A DNA stretch of 20,000 nucleotides from an uncultured virus (IMG/VR IMGVR_UViG_3300017642_000089). Lineage: Duplodnaviria > Heunggongvirae > Uroviricota > Caudoviricetes. Below the pieces are notes generated by a model. That model was not told the DNA's origin. It searched no databases and worked only from the letters and a program-made list of their open reading frames with translations. The translations under genes and the position numbers were made by a program. Each line of letters starts with the position of its first letter. The stretch's first letter is position 1. The stretch is taken from the IMG/VR virus record IMGVR_UViG_3300017642_000089; one strand, 5' to 3'. This document shows positions 1-7,491 of the stretch, piece after piece.

Positions 1-1
1 C

Positions 2-244
2 CCGGACCAGGACGCCGTTGACGCGGCTACCGTGCCGGACGCCACGCTCACTGCACTGGCCCGTGACCTGCTGGCGCCGCTTTTGGCCGAGGCGACCTCC
101 GGCACGTCGCCCGAGGCGCTCCTCGGCAAGCTGGCCGAAGTGTACCCCAGGATGGACACGGCGGCGCTGGAAGAGTTGTGCGCCCGGGTGTTGTTCGTGG
201 GCGAGCTGTGGGGGCGGCTGTCCGTCCAGGACGAGGCCGATTGA
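2..244 (+). CDS. Portal protein (Mu gp29/DUF935-like), C-terminal fragment, 5'-truncated by the window
   Basis: Frame 2 is open from the window start (PDQDAVDAA...EALLGKLAEVYPRMDTAALEELCARVLFVGELWGR), typical of the Mu gp29 C-terminus. Its TGA (242-244) overlaps the ATG of F. Confidence 0.85.
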   Translation, partial: PDQDAVDAATVPDATLTALARDLLAPLLAEATSGTSPEALLGKLAEVYPRMDTAALEELCARVLFVGELWGRLSVQDEAD

Positions 245-1503
245 TGCCCGAACCCGTTTCCCTTTCCTTCGCCATGGGCCTGCCGCCCAAGGATGCGGTC
301 GCCTATTTCGAGGGCAAGGGCTACCGCGTCACCTTCGACTGGAAGGAGCTTGACCAGGCCGCCCACGCCACGGGCTTCACCATCGCCAAGATGGCGCAAG
401 CGGACATGCTGCGCGACGTGCAAAGCTGCCTGACGCAGTGCCTTACGGAGGGCAAGACCGAAGACTGGTTTCGCAAGCGGATGGAACCGTACCTCAGGGC
501 GCGCGGCTGGTGGGGGAAGCAGCCGATGATCGACCCGCGCACCGGCGAGGAGCGGCGCGTGCAGCTCGGCAGCCCGGCCAGGTTGCGGCTCATCTATCGT
601 CAGAACATGCAGACCGCGTTCATGGCCGGCCGCTACAAGCAGATGCTGGAGAACGCCGACGCCCGGCCGTGGTGGCAGTACGTGGCCGTGCTCGACGGCA
701 AGACCCGGCCGTCCCACAAGGTGCTTTCCGGCCGCACCTTCCGCTACGACGATCCTTTTTGGGCCAGCCACTACCCGCCCAACGGCTTCAACTGCCGCTG
801 CCGGGTGCGGGCGCTTTCCGACTTCCGCCTGGACAAGGAAAAGGTCACCCCGGAGTCCGGCGTGGGCAACATGGTGACCGAACAGGTGGCCGTGCCGGAC
901 AGCGCAACCGGGGAGGTGCAGCGGCGTACGGTGACCGGCTACCGCGTGCCGCAGTCGGGCTATGTTGTGTTCACGGACGTCGGCTTCTCGGCCAATGCGG
1001 GGGCGTCCTGGCTGGGCGGCGCGCTGGCCGAACTGACGCGCACGCTCGACGCCGCGCCGGCGGAGGTAGCCCGGCTGGCCGTTAGGGACATGGTGACCGG
1101 TCCGGCCCTGCCGCAGTGGCTCACGCGCCCGGCCGGACCGTTTCCCCTGGCCGTTCTGCCGGAGGCGGACGCCGCGCTGGTCGGTGCGCGTTGCCGGGTG
1201 GCCCGTTTGTCGCCCGAAACGGCCGGCAAGCAGGCGTCGCGGCATCCCGAGCTGGCGGCGGCCGATTACGCCAAGGCGCAAGCGGCTGTGGATGCGGGCG
1301 AACGGGTGCAGGACGGGAAGCACAGCCTGGTCTATGTGCTGGACGAGCCCGGCGGCGTGGTTGTGGTGGTCAAGGCCACCCTGGAAGGCGGGGAATTGTA
1401 CGTGCAGAGTCTGCGTCGGATGAGCGCCAAACAGGCCGAGCGAGACGAGGTTATCCGGCGCGTCAAAAGAAAAAGCGCCCGCCTGGGAAAAGACGAGCGC
1501 TAA
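244..1503 (+). CDS. F: MuF/gp30 head morphogenesis protein (SPP1 gp7 family) with a C-terminal PBECR-like nuclease extension, 419 aa
   Basis: TGATG coupling at 242-246. MuF motifs RLRLIYRQNMQTAFMAGRY, WQYVAVLDGKTRPSH and YPPNGFNCRCRV. The C-terminal ~100 aa (KQASRHPELAAADY...VVVVKAT...ELYVQSLRR) resemble the PBECR2 (BECR-fold) domain. Confidence 0.9.
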   Translation: MPEPVSLSFAMGLPPKDAVAYFEGKGYRVTFDWKELDQAAHATGFTIAKMAQADMLRDVQSCLTQCLTEGKTEDWFRKRMEPYLRARGWWGKQPMIDPRTGEERRVQLGSPARLRLIYRQNMQTAFMAGRYKQMLENADARPWWQYVAVLDGKTRPSHKVLSGRTFRYDDPFWASHYPPNGFNCRCRVRALSDFRLDKEKVTPESGVGNMVTEQVAVPDSATGEVQRRTVTGYRVPQSGYVVFTDVGFSANAGASWLGGALAELTRTLDAAPAEVARLAVRDMVTGPALPQWLTRPAGPFPLAVLPEADAALVGARCRVARLSPETAGKQASRHPELAAADYAKAQAAVDAGERVQDGKHSLVYVLDEPGGVVVVVKATLEGGELYVQSLRRMSAKQAERDEVIRRVKRKSARLGKDER

Positions 1504-1507
1504 AAAC

Positions 1508-1619
1508 CGTGGTGGAAGGCGAGGCCCCCTATCCGCTTTCGCGGCAACCTCGCATGGCGCTCCGGGCGGCTGCCCGTGCTACGGCCAGGGGAATGGCACC
1601 GTGTCACATCCACCGTACG
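1508..1619 (+). ncRNA. Candidate structured RNA in the F-G intergenic region (multi-stem, possible pseudoknots)
   Basis: Stems: GGTGGA 1511-16/TCCACC 1609-14; GCGAGG 1519-24/CCTCGC 1548-53; CCGC-TTTC-GCGG 1533-44; CGGGC-GGCT-GCCCG 1563-76. Possible cross-pairings: CCCCT 1526-30/AGGGG 1587-91 and ACGG 1581-84/CCGT 1599-1602. Confidence 0.5.
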
Positions 1620-1629
1620 AGACATAGCC

Positions 1630-2112
1630 ATGATCGAAGTCGAAGTAAACATCGCCGGGCTGGAGGCGCTGCTCGGTCGGGCCATTGCCCTGGGTGCGGA
1701 CATGACGCCCATTACCCGCGCCCTGGCCGGCGTGCTGGCCGACATCCCGGAACGGGCGTTCGCCAACCAGGCCGATCCGGTGACGGGGCAGGCCTGGGCG
1801 CCGTTGAAACCTTCCACGGTTAAGCGTCGGGGGAGCGCCACGCCGATATTGCAAGTCAGCGGCCACCTGGCCGGCTCCATGCAGAGCGAATCCGGGCCGG
1901 ACTTCGCCCGCGTGACCACGGCCACGGTCTACGCCCCCACCCACCAGAACGGCGCGAAGAAAGGCGCCTTCGGCAGCACCAAGCGCGGCCGGCCCATCCC
2001 CTGGGGTGATATCCCGGCCCGCCGCTTCTTGGGCGTCGGTCCCGAGGACGAAGAGGAATTGCTGCAAACGGCCTCCCAAACGCTCCAACGAGTGCTGGCG
2101 GGGCGAGGCTAG
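1630..2112 (+). CDS. G: Virion morphogenesis protein (Mu gp31/G family), 160 aa
   Basis: Motifs AFANQADPVTGQAWAPLKPST, ILQVSGHLAGS, YAPTHQNG and IPARRFLGV; position after F. ATG 1630 is preferred over the GTG at 1576, which lies inside the structured element. Confidence 0.9.
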   Translation: MIEVEVNIAGLEALLGRAIALGADMTPITRALAGVLADIPERAFANQADPVTGQAWAPLKPSTVKRRGSATPILQVSGHLAGSMQSESGPDFARVTTATVYAPTHQNGAKKGAFGSTKRGRPIPWGDIPARRFLGVGPEDEEELLQTASQTLQRVLAGRG

Positions 2113-2134
2113 GGGGAAGGGAGTAGGATGGATT

Positions 2135-2154
2135 TTAACGGGGGGTTAACGGGG
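2135..2154. repeat. Direct repeat TTAACGGGG x2 with 11-bp period in the G-I interval
   Basis: Copies at 2135-2143 and 2146-2154, read directly from the sequence. Confidence 0.7.
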
Positions 2155-2254
2155 TTTATCGCAGAGTTAATACTCGACAATGCGTTGCCGCCAGTATAGT
2201 TTTAAAAAAATTAATATTAGACCTCCAATAAGTAGCCAGGGGTGGAAGAGAAAT

Positions 2255-3814
2255 ATGTCTCGCAAGAAATCAGCAGATTATTCAAAGCTTCGAAGTATTA
2301 TTCAAGAAAATTTGAGAGTTGAATGCGAGAGTACTAAGGATTTAATATATATTGATAGTGGGAATGAAGTCCAAGATATTTGCACACGCCAAAATCATGT
2401 TGTTTTTGCTCGTCGTGGATGTGGAAAAACATTACTACTTCATTATTCTGCGCGAGTATTAAATAATGACATAAAGGCTATTTATTTAAATTGCGAAGAT
2501 TTTAAGCAGCATTCTTTCCCAAACGTACTTATCGAAATATTTGATGCTATTTTTAAAGAATTATTAAAAAATCTACATGGTTGGTTCGGAAGAAAAAAGA
2601 AGTTAAGGCAGATTGTAAAAGAAATTATAGACGAGTTAAGCTCTCTTCGTGAGACAGAAGATATATCAGATATTCAGGTAACAACAAAGACATCATCTGA
2701 GGAGGCCAAAAAAGTAGACTTTACAGCAGGGTATAATGCAAAAAAATTTGGCTCTTTGGAGATTGGAGCACAGACTGGTGCTAATCGCAAAGAAGATATT
2801 GAAAAAAATTTCTATACAAAAACAGATAAATTACAAAGAATCGATTTACGCCTTCCATGGTTTAAACAAAAAATACGAGAATTCTTTGAGATATCAAGCA
2901 ATGTTAAATTTATTTTTTTGCAGATTGACGACTTCTACCATCTAAGACAAGAGGATCAGCCATATGTAGTTGATTATATACATAGGCTTTGTAAAGATGT
3001 CCCCCTCTTTTTTAAAATTGCTACTCTTAGGCATGTCTCTGTACTTTATTCTGATCATAAGGGACAACCAATAGGTGCACAGGAACGCCACGACTATCAA
3101 CCAATTAATATTGATTATACATTTGAAGATTTTCAAAAAACAAAAAACAAGAATAGACAAATTTTCCATCAGTTTGGTGAGCTTGCGGGGATTAAATCAA
3201 CAGAATTTGACACACTATTTTTTAAGGGGGAGGGCTTTGATCGGCTTGTATTAGCAGGCGGTGGTGTCCCGAGGGATACTTTGTCTCTCTTTTTAGAGGT
3301 TTTTAGCAATGTACAGCAAAATAGTGATGATCGTATTGGGAAAGATGATGTTCGTATCCTTAGCAAAGCAAATTTTGAACATCTCATTCAGGAATTAAAA
3401 AATGACTCTGAGCTTATTGAACAGGAGCCACTTGTAAAAGCAATTTATGTAATCAGAACATTTTGCATGGAAAAACGGACAAGTATTTTTTTAGTTCAAG
3501 AGCAAACCTTGCAACAAGAGGATGCATTTCATAGAGTTATTTATAGATTGCTAGATTATAGAATAATACACACAGCTGCAACTGCACTTACCCATAAATC
3601 AAGAGAGGGAACCTATCAGGCTTTTTTAGTAAATATTGGTTGTTATGCCCATCTTCGAAAGCTTGATAAAAAAATTAACGAGATAGATTTATCTTCACCT
3701 ACTGCCAAAGATAAGATGCGATCTGCTCCTATCCTTGAATTAAACCAGTTTAATACTCAATTTAAGCAGGCTCCAGACAATGTGGAACAAATACTAATTA
3801 CAGAAGAAAACTAG
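2255..3814 (+). CDS. AT-rich accessory gene (moron): P-loop NTPase, STAND/ORC-CDC6-like AAA+, 519 aa; candidate defence protein
   Basis: Walker A ARRGCGKT (2408-2431), Walker B FLQIDD (~2915-2932), GGGVPR motif and a probable C-terminal winged helix. Strongly AT-rich compared with the GC-rich flanks. A purine-rich GGTGGAAGAG precedes ATG 2255; ATG 2180 is an alternative start. Confidence 0.85.
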   Translation: MSRKKSADYSKLRSIIQENLRVECESTKDLIYIDSGNEVQDICTRQNHVVFARRGCGKTLLLHYSARVLNNDIKAIYLNCEDFKQHSFPNVLIEIFDAIFKELLKNLHGWFGRKKKLRQIVKEIIDELSSLRETEDISDIQVTTKTSSEEAKKVDFTAGYNAKKFGSLEIGAQTGANRKEDIEKNFYTKTDKLQRIDLRLPWFKQKIREFFEISSNVKFIFLQIDDFYHLRQEDQPYVVDYIHRLCKDVPLFFKIATLRHVSVLYSDHKGQPIGAQERHDYQPINIDYTFEDFQKTKNKNRQIFHQFGELAGIKSTEFDTLFFKGEGFDRLVLAGGGVPRDTLSLFLEVFSNVQQNSDDRIGKDDVRILSKANFEHLIQELKNDSELIEQEPLVKAIYVIRTFCMEKRTSIFLVQEQTLQQEDAFHRVIYRLLDYRIIHTAATALTHKSREGTYQAFLVNIGCYAHLRKLDKKINEIDLSSPTAKDKMRSAPILELNQFNTQFKQAPDNVEQILITEEN

Positions 3815-3818
3815 TTTT

Positions 3819-3875
3819 CTCTTCTGAACCCCTTCACCTATCGCTTCGCCCCCGTCCGCCACTAGCGTGGCGGAC
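3819..3875 (+). promoter_or_regulatory. Putative activator-dependent late promoter (Mu P_I equivalent), leaderless; copy 1
   Basis: 26-mer CTCTTCTGAACCCCTTCACCTATCGC (3819-3844) is identical to 15625-15650. TGAA-CCCC-TTCA dyad lies at -51..-40 from ATG 3876. TAGCGT (3863-68) spans the loop of the perfect inverted repeat GTCCGCCAC/GTGGCGGAC. No SD is present. Confidence 0.75.
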
Positions 3876-5045
3876 ATGCGCAACGCGACCCCTCACCCGA
3901 TACCCCACCCGACGGCCGTCCTGACCGTGGCGCTGGCCACGGCCCAGGGCGGCGATGCGTCGTCCCTGCCCGAGGGCATGAACGTCCAGCTCTTCCCGGA
4001 CGGCGAATTTACCGCCCGCGACGGCCGGCCCGGCAGCATCGACGGCTGCACCACCACAGTCTGGCGCATGGACGCCGACATCGCCGCGTCGCTCATTGCA
4101 GCGGCCGAGGCGCGGGAAACGCCGCTCTGTATCGACTACGAGCACCACACGTTAACCGCCAAGGACGCCGGACACAAGGCCGTGGCCGCCGGCTGGATCG
4201 AAGCGCTTTGCTACGTGCCCGGCCGGGGACTCTTCGCCAAGGTCGCCTGGACCGAGACGGCCCGCGCCCACATACAGGCCGACGAATACCGCTACATCTC
4301 ACCACTTTTCACCTTCGACGGAAAAACCGGGGCGGTCCTGGAACTGGTGAACGCCGCCCTGACCAACAACCCGGCCCTGGACGGGCTGGCCGCCGTGGCC
4401 GCTGTCCGCCAGACGGCCGCAACCCAAGCCCTGCAAACGGAGGCCTGCATGGACGAACTGCTGGAACGTCTGCGCTGGATGCTGAATCTCCCCGTGACCG
4501 CCACGGCCGAGGAGATCGCCGCGCAACTCGACAAGCTCAAAACGCAAATCGGCGCGGACGCGGCCGCCACAAGCGTGGACCTGCTGGCCATACTGGCCGG
4601 CAAGGACGCGACCATCGCGGCCCTGACCGCCAAGACGAAAGCGCCCGACCCGGCCCGGTTCGCGCCGGTGACGGCGCTTGCCGCGCTGACCAAGGAAAAT
4701 GCCGACCTCAAGGCCAAGCTGACCGAGGCCCTGGCCCAAAACGACCAGGCCGCCCTGACCGCCGCCATCGAGGCCGCCGTGGCCGACGGCCGCGTGCATA
4801 CGTCGCTTGCCGGCTGGCTGGCCGAGCTGGCGGCCAAGGACCCGGACGCCGCCCGTGCCTATCTGGACGCGGCCACGCCGATGGCGGCGCTGACCGGCAT
4901 GCAGACGCACACCGGAGGCTTCACACCGCCCGCGTCCGGCACCGGCTCCGGCACGGCCGCGCTGTCGGCCGAGGAAGTCGAGGCCGCCAAGCTGCTCGGC
5001 CTGTCCGAGACTGATTTCGCCAAAGGGAAGGAGGGCAACGTCTAA
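3876..5045 (+). CDS. I: Prohead protease/scaffold (Mu gp32 I), 389 aa
   Basis: Motifs QLFPDGEFTARDGRP, IDYEHHTL, AAGWI, EYRYISPLF and AALTNNPALDGL. The start was chosen because its spacing from the repeated promoter element matches copy 2. Confidence 0.93.
   Translation: MRNATPHPIPHPTAVLTVALATAQGGDASSLPEGMNVQLFPDGEFTARDGRPGSIDGCTTTVWRMDADIAASLIAAAEARETPLCIDYEHHTLTAKDAGHKAVAAGWIEALCYVPGRGLFAKVAWTETARAHIQADEYRYISPLFTFDGKTGAVLELVNAALTNNPALDGLAAVAAVRQTAATQALQTEACMDELLERLRWMLNLPVTATAEEIAAQLDKLKTQIGADAAATSVDLLAILAGKDATIAALTAKTKAPDPARFAPVTALAALTKENADLKAKLTEALAQNDQAALTAAIEAAVADGRVHTSLAGWLAELAAKDPDAARAYLDAATPMAALTGMQTHTGGFTPPASGTGSGTAALSAEEVEAAKLLGLSETDFAKGKEGNV
4449..5045 (+). CDS. Z: Scaffold protein Z, in-frame internal start within I, 198 aa
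   Basis: GGAGG at 4439-4443, 5 nt before the in-frame ATG 4449 (MDELLERLRWMLNLP). Mu Z is known to be translated from an internal start in I. Confidence 0.7.
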   Translation: MDELLERLRWMLNLPVTATAEEIAAQLDKLKTQIGADAAATSVDLLAILAGKDATIAALTAKTKAPDPARFAPVTALAALTKENADLKAKLTEALAQNDQAALTAAIEAAVADGRVHTSLAGWLAELAAKDPDAARAYLDAATPMAALTGMQTHTGGFTPPASGTGSGTAALSAEEVEAAKLLGLSETDFAKGKEGNV

Positions 5046-5953
5046 TGGCCATCATCACACCGGCGCTGCTCACGGCGCTTTTTACCGGCTACCGTGCCGA
5101 ATACCAGCGGATGTACGGCGAAACGCCGACGAGCTGGGAGCGGATAGCCACGCTCATCCCGTCCACGTCCAAGTCCAACACCTACGGCTGGCTGGGGCAG
5201 TTCCCCAAGCTGGCCGAGTGGATCGGCGCGCGCGTCCTTAAGGACATGGCCGCCCAGGGCTACACCATCGCCAACAAGCTTTTCGAGGGGACGGTGAGCG
5301 TGCCGCGCACGAGCATCGAGGATGACGAGGTGGGCATCTACAAGCCGCTGTTCGGCGAGATGGGCCGCGCCGCCAAGGTCTTCCCGGACGAACTGACCTA
5401 CGGCCTGCTGCCGCTGGGGCTTTCCACCCTGTGCTACGACAACCAGAACTTCTTCGACACGGACCACCCCGTCTATCCCAACGTGGACGGCACCGGCGCG
5501 GCCAAGGTCGTGGCCAACTTGATCGACGAAGCGGGCGGCACGCCCTGGTATCTGCTGGACACCAGCCGGGTCATCAAGCCGGTCATCTTCCAGGAGCGCA
5601 CCAAGCCCGAGTTGACCACCATGACCAAGGCCGACGACGAGGCCGTGTTCATGTCCGACACCTACCGCTACGGCGTGCGCTACCGCTGCAACGCCGGCTT
5701 CGGTTTCTGGCAGACCGCGCTGTGCTCCAAAAAGCCGCTGACCACCGACAACTTCAACGCCGCCTATGACGCCATGTGCGCCTTTACGGCGGACGGCGGA
5801 CGGCCGCTCGGCGTCAAGCCCTCCCTGCTGGTGGTGCCGACCACCTTGCGCACCAAGGCCAATGAAGTGGTGACGGTTTCGCGGCTGGCCAATGGCGCGG
5901 ACAACCCCAACGCGGGCATCGTGGACGTGCTGGTCACGCCGTGGCTCAACTAG
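5045..5953 (+). CDS. T: Major capsid protein (Mu gpT), 302 aa
   Basis: Motifs NTYGWLGQFPKLAEWIG, CYDNQNFFDTDHPV, WYLLDTSRVIKPVIFQER and AGFGFWQ; TAATG coupling with I. Confidence 0.96.
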   Translation: MAIITPALLTALFTGYRAEYQRMYGETPTSWERIATLIPSTSKSNTYGWLGQFPKLAEWIGARVLKDMAAQGYTIANKLFEGTVSVPRTSIEDDEVGIYKPLFGEMGRAAKVFPDELTYGLLPLGLSTLCYDNQNFFDTDHPVYPNVDGTGAAKVVANLIDEAGGTPWYLLDTSRVIKPVIFQERTKPELTTMTKADDEAVFMSDTYRYGVRYRCNAGFGFWQTALCSKKPLTTDNFNAAYDAMCAFTADGGRPLGVKPSLLVVPTTLRTKANEVVTVSRLANGADNPNAGIVDVLVTPWLN

Positions 5954-5964
5954 GGAGGGACGCC

Positions 5965-6249
5965 ATGAGCAAGGTAAACGCCATCCTGCGCACGAAAAGC
6001 CTGCGTGGCGGCCATTTCCGGGCCGGTCGCAAGCACGAAGAGGCCGAGACGGACTTTCCTCCCGGCACCTTCGAGGAAGAGGACGTCGCCCGGCTCCAGG
6101 CCGATCCCGACCTGGAAGTGCGGCTTCTGGAACCGCCCCGCAAGAAGAAGTCGCCCGAGCCCGCTCCCGAAACGGACGGCGCCGCGCCGGCCGAAGAAGG
6201 GGAAGACTTCGACTTCGACGAGCCCGAAGCCAAGGACGCGGGCAAGTAA
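5965..6249 (+). CDS. Mu gp35/HI1506-like small head-associated protein, 94 aa
   Basis: SD GGAGG before ATG 5965; FRAGR...LQADPDLEV pattern; acidic low-complexity tail; position between T and gp36. Confidence 0.7.
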   Translation: MSKVNAILRTKSLRGGHFRAGRKHEEAETDFPPGTFEEEDVARLQADPDLEVRLLEPPRKKKSPEPAPETDGAAPAEEGEDFDFDEPEAKDAGK

Positions 6250-6678
6250 ATGTACGCCGCCTGCCAGGACATGCGCGAGGCCTTCGGGGAGGAGGAGCTG
6301 CTCGCCCTGACGGACCGGGAACAAACGGGCCGCGTGGATGAGGATGTCGCCGGCGCGGCCCTGGTCCGGGCATCCGACGAGGCGGACAGCTACCTGGCCG
6401 GCCGCTACGCCGTGCCGGTGGCCCCGGTGCCGCCGGTGCTGGTCGCCATGGTCTGCGACATCGCCCGCTATCGCCTGACCGGCGGCGCGGCCCAGGAAAC
6501 CGACCCCATTGCCGAGCGCTACCGGCTGGCCATTGCCTGGCTTTCCCGCGTGGCCGAAGGCAAGGCCGACCTGCCCGGCGTGGGCTTGCCGGCCTCGGGC
6601 GGCGACAACATCCGGTTTGCGACCGGCCGGCGGGTGTTCACGCGACAGTCCGCCGCCGGCAGGGGCAGCGATGCTTAG
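6250..6678 (+). CDS. Head-tail adaptor (Mu gp36/DUF1320), 142 aa
   Basis: ASDEADSYLAGRYAVP, CDIARYRL and RYRLAIAWL motifs. Confidence 0.9.
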   Translation: MYAACQDMREAFGEEELLALTDREQTGRVDEDVAGAALVRASDEADSYLAGRYAVPVAPVPPVLVAMVCDIARYRLTGGAAQETDPIAERYRLAIAWLSRVAEGKADLPGVGLPASGGDNIRFATGRRVFTRQSAAGRGSDA

Positions 6679-7291
6679 CCGTATAGAGGCCGCCATGGCC
6701 AGGCATTTGGCCGAGGGCAAGTTGCCGTATCTGCGCACCGTGGCCACCTACGGCGGCGATTTCGACGACGGCCTGGCCGGTGTGGTGCGCCAGTTGCCGG
6801 CCGTGTGGCTGGCCTTTCGGGGCAGCGTCGGCGAGCCCAGGGCCATGGCTACCAGCCGGCGCGTCTGGCGCATGCCCGTGGCCTGGCTTTGCCTGTGCGG
6901 CGCGCGCCACCTGCGAAACGAGGCGGCACGCCAGGGCAGCGCCGCCAGCGTCGGCTGCTATCAGATGCTGGCCGACACGGCCCGGCTGCTGGTCGGCCGG
7001 GATTTCGGGCTGGAGATCGATCCGCTTGCCCCCGGGCCGGTGCGCTGCATCTGCAACAGCAAGACCGAACGCCAGGGCCTGGCCGTCTACAGCCAGGAGT
7101 GGCGCACGGCCTACGACCTGACCCTGCCGGCCGGCATGGAGGTCACGGACCTGGATACGCCGTATCCCGGCGCGGGCTGGCCGGCCGAGTCGCCCATGCT
7201 TTGTACCGTGGGCCTGCGCTACCACCTGCTGCCCGACGACGGCGTCCCGGACGCCGAAGACCTGCTCACCCTGCAAGGAGACACCCCATGA
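6671..7291 (+). CDS. Tail terminator/neck protein (Mu gp37/DUF1834), 206 aa
   Basis: VATYGGDFD, PAVWLAF and GCYQML motifs; synteny; ATG overlaps the end of gp36. Confidence 0.85.
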   Translation: MLSRIEAAMARHLAEGKLPYLRTVATYGGDFDDGLAGVVRQLPAVWLAFRGSVGEPRAMATSRRVWRMPVAWLCLCGARHLRNEAARQGSAASVGCYQMLADTARLLVGRDFGLEIDPLAPGPVRCICNSKTERQGLAVYSQEWRTAYDLTLPAGMEVTDLDTPYPGAGWPAESPMLCTVGLRYHLLPDDGVPDAEDLLTLQGDTP

Positions 7292-7491
7292 AGACCATGA
7301 CCGTGACGGCCGCGCCGGGCATCCGCGTGCCCATGGAAGGCGCGGCCCGTCGTTACATCACCGACGCCGCGCCGGTGAACGTGCCGGAATCCGCCTATTA
7401 CCTGCGCCGCCTGGCCGACGGCGACTTGACGCTCGCACCCGAGCCCGCCGCCAAGCCCCGGGCCACGGCCAAGGAGACCGACAATGGCTAG
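7288..7491 (+). CDS. Mu gp38/DUF2635 small protein, 67 aa
   Basis: ATGA overlap and AAGGAG SD; VTAAPGIRVPME...YYLRRLADGDL motif. Confidence 0.88.
   Translation: MKTMTVTAAPGIRVPMEGAARRYITDAAPVNVPESAYYLRRLADGDLTLAPEPAAKPRATAKETDNG

Noticed and set aside
2255..3814. Anti-CRISPR locus, given its G-I position
   Set aside because: The slot holds one large NTPase gene, not small acr ORFs with an HTH aca gene.
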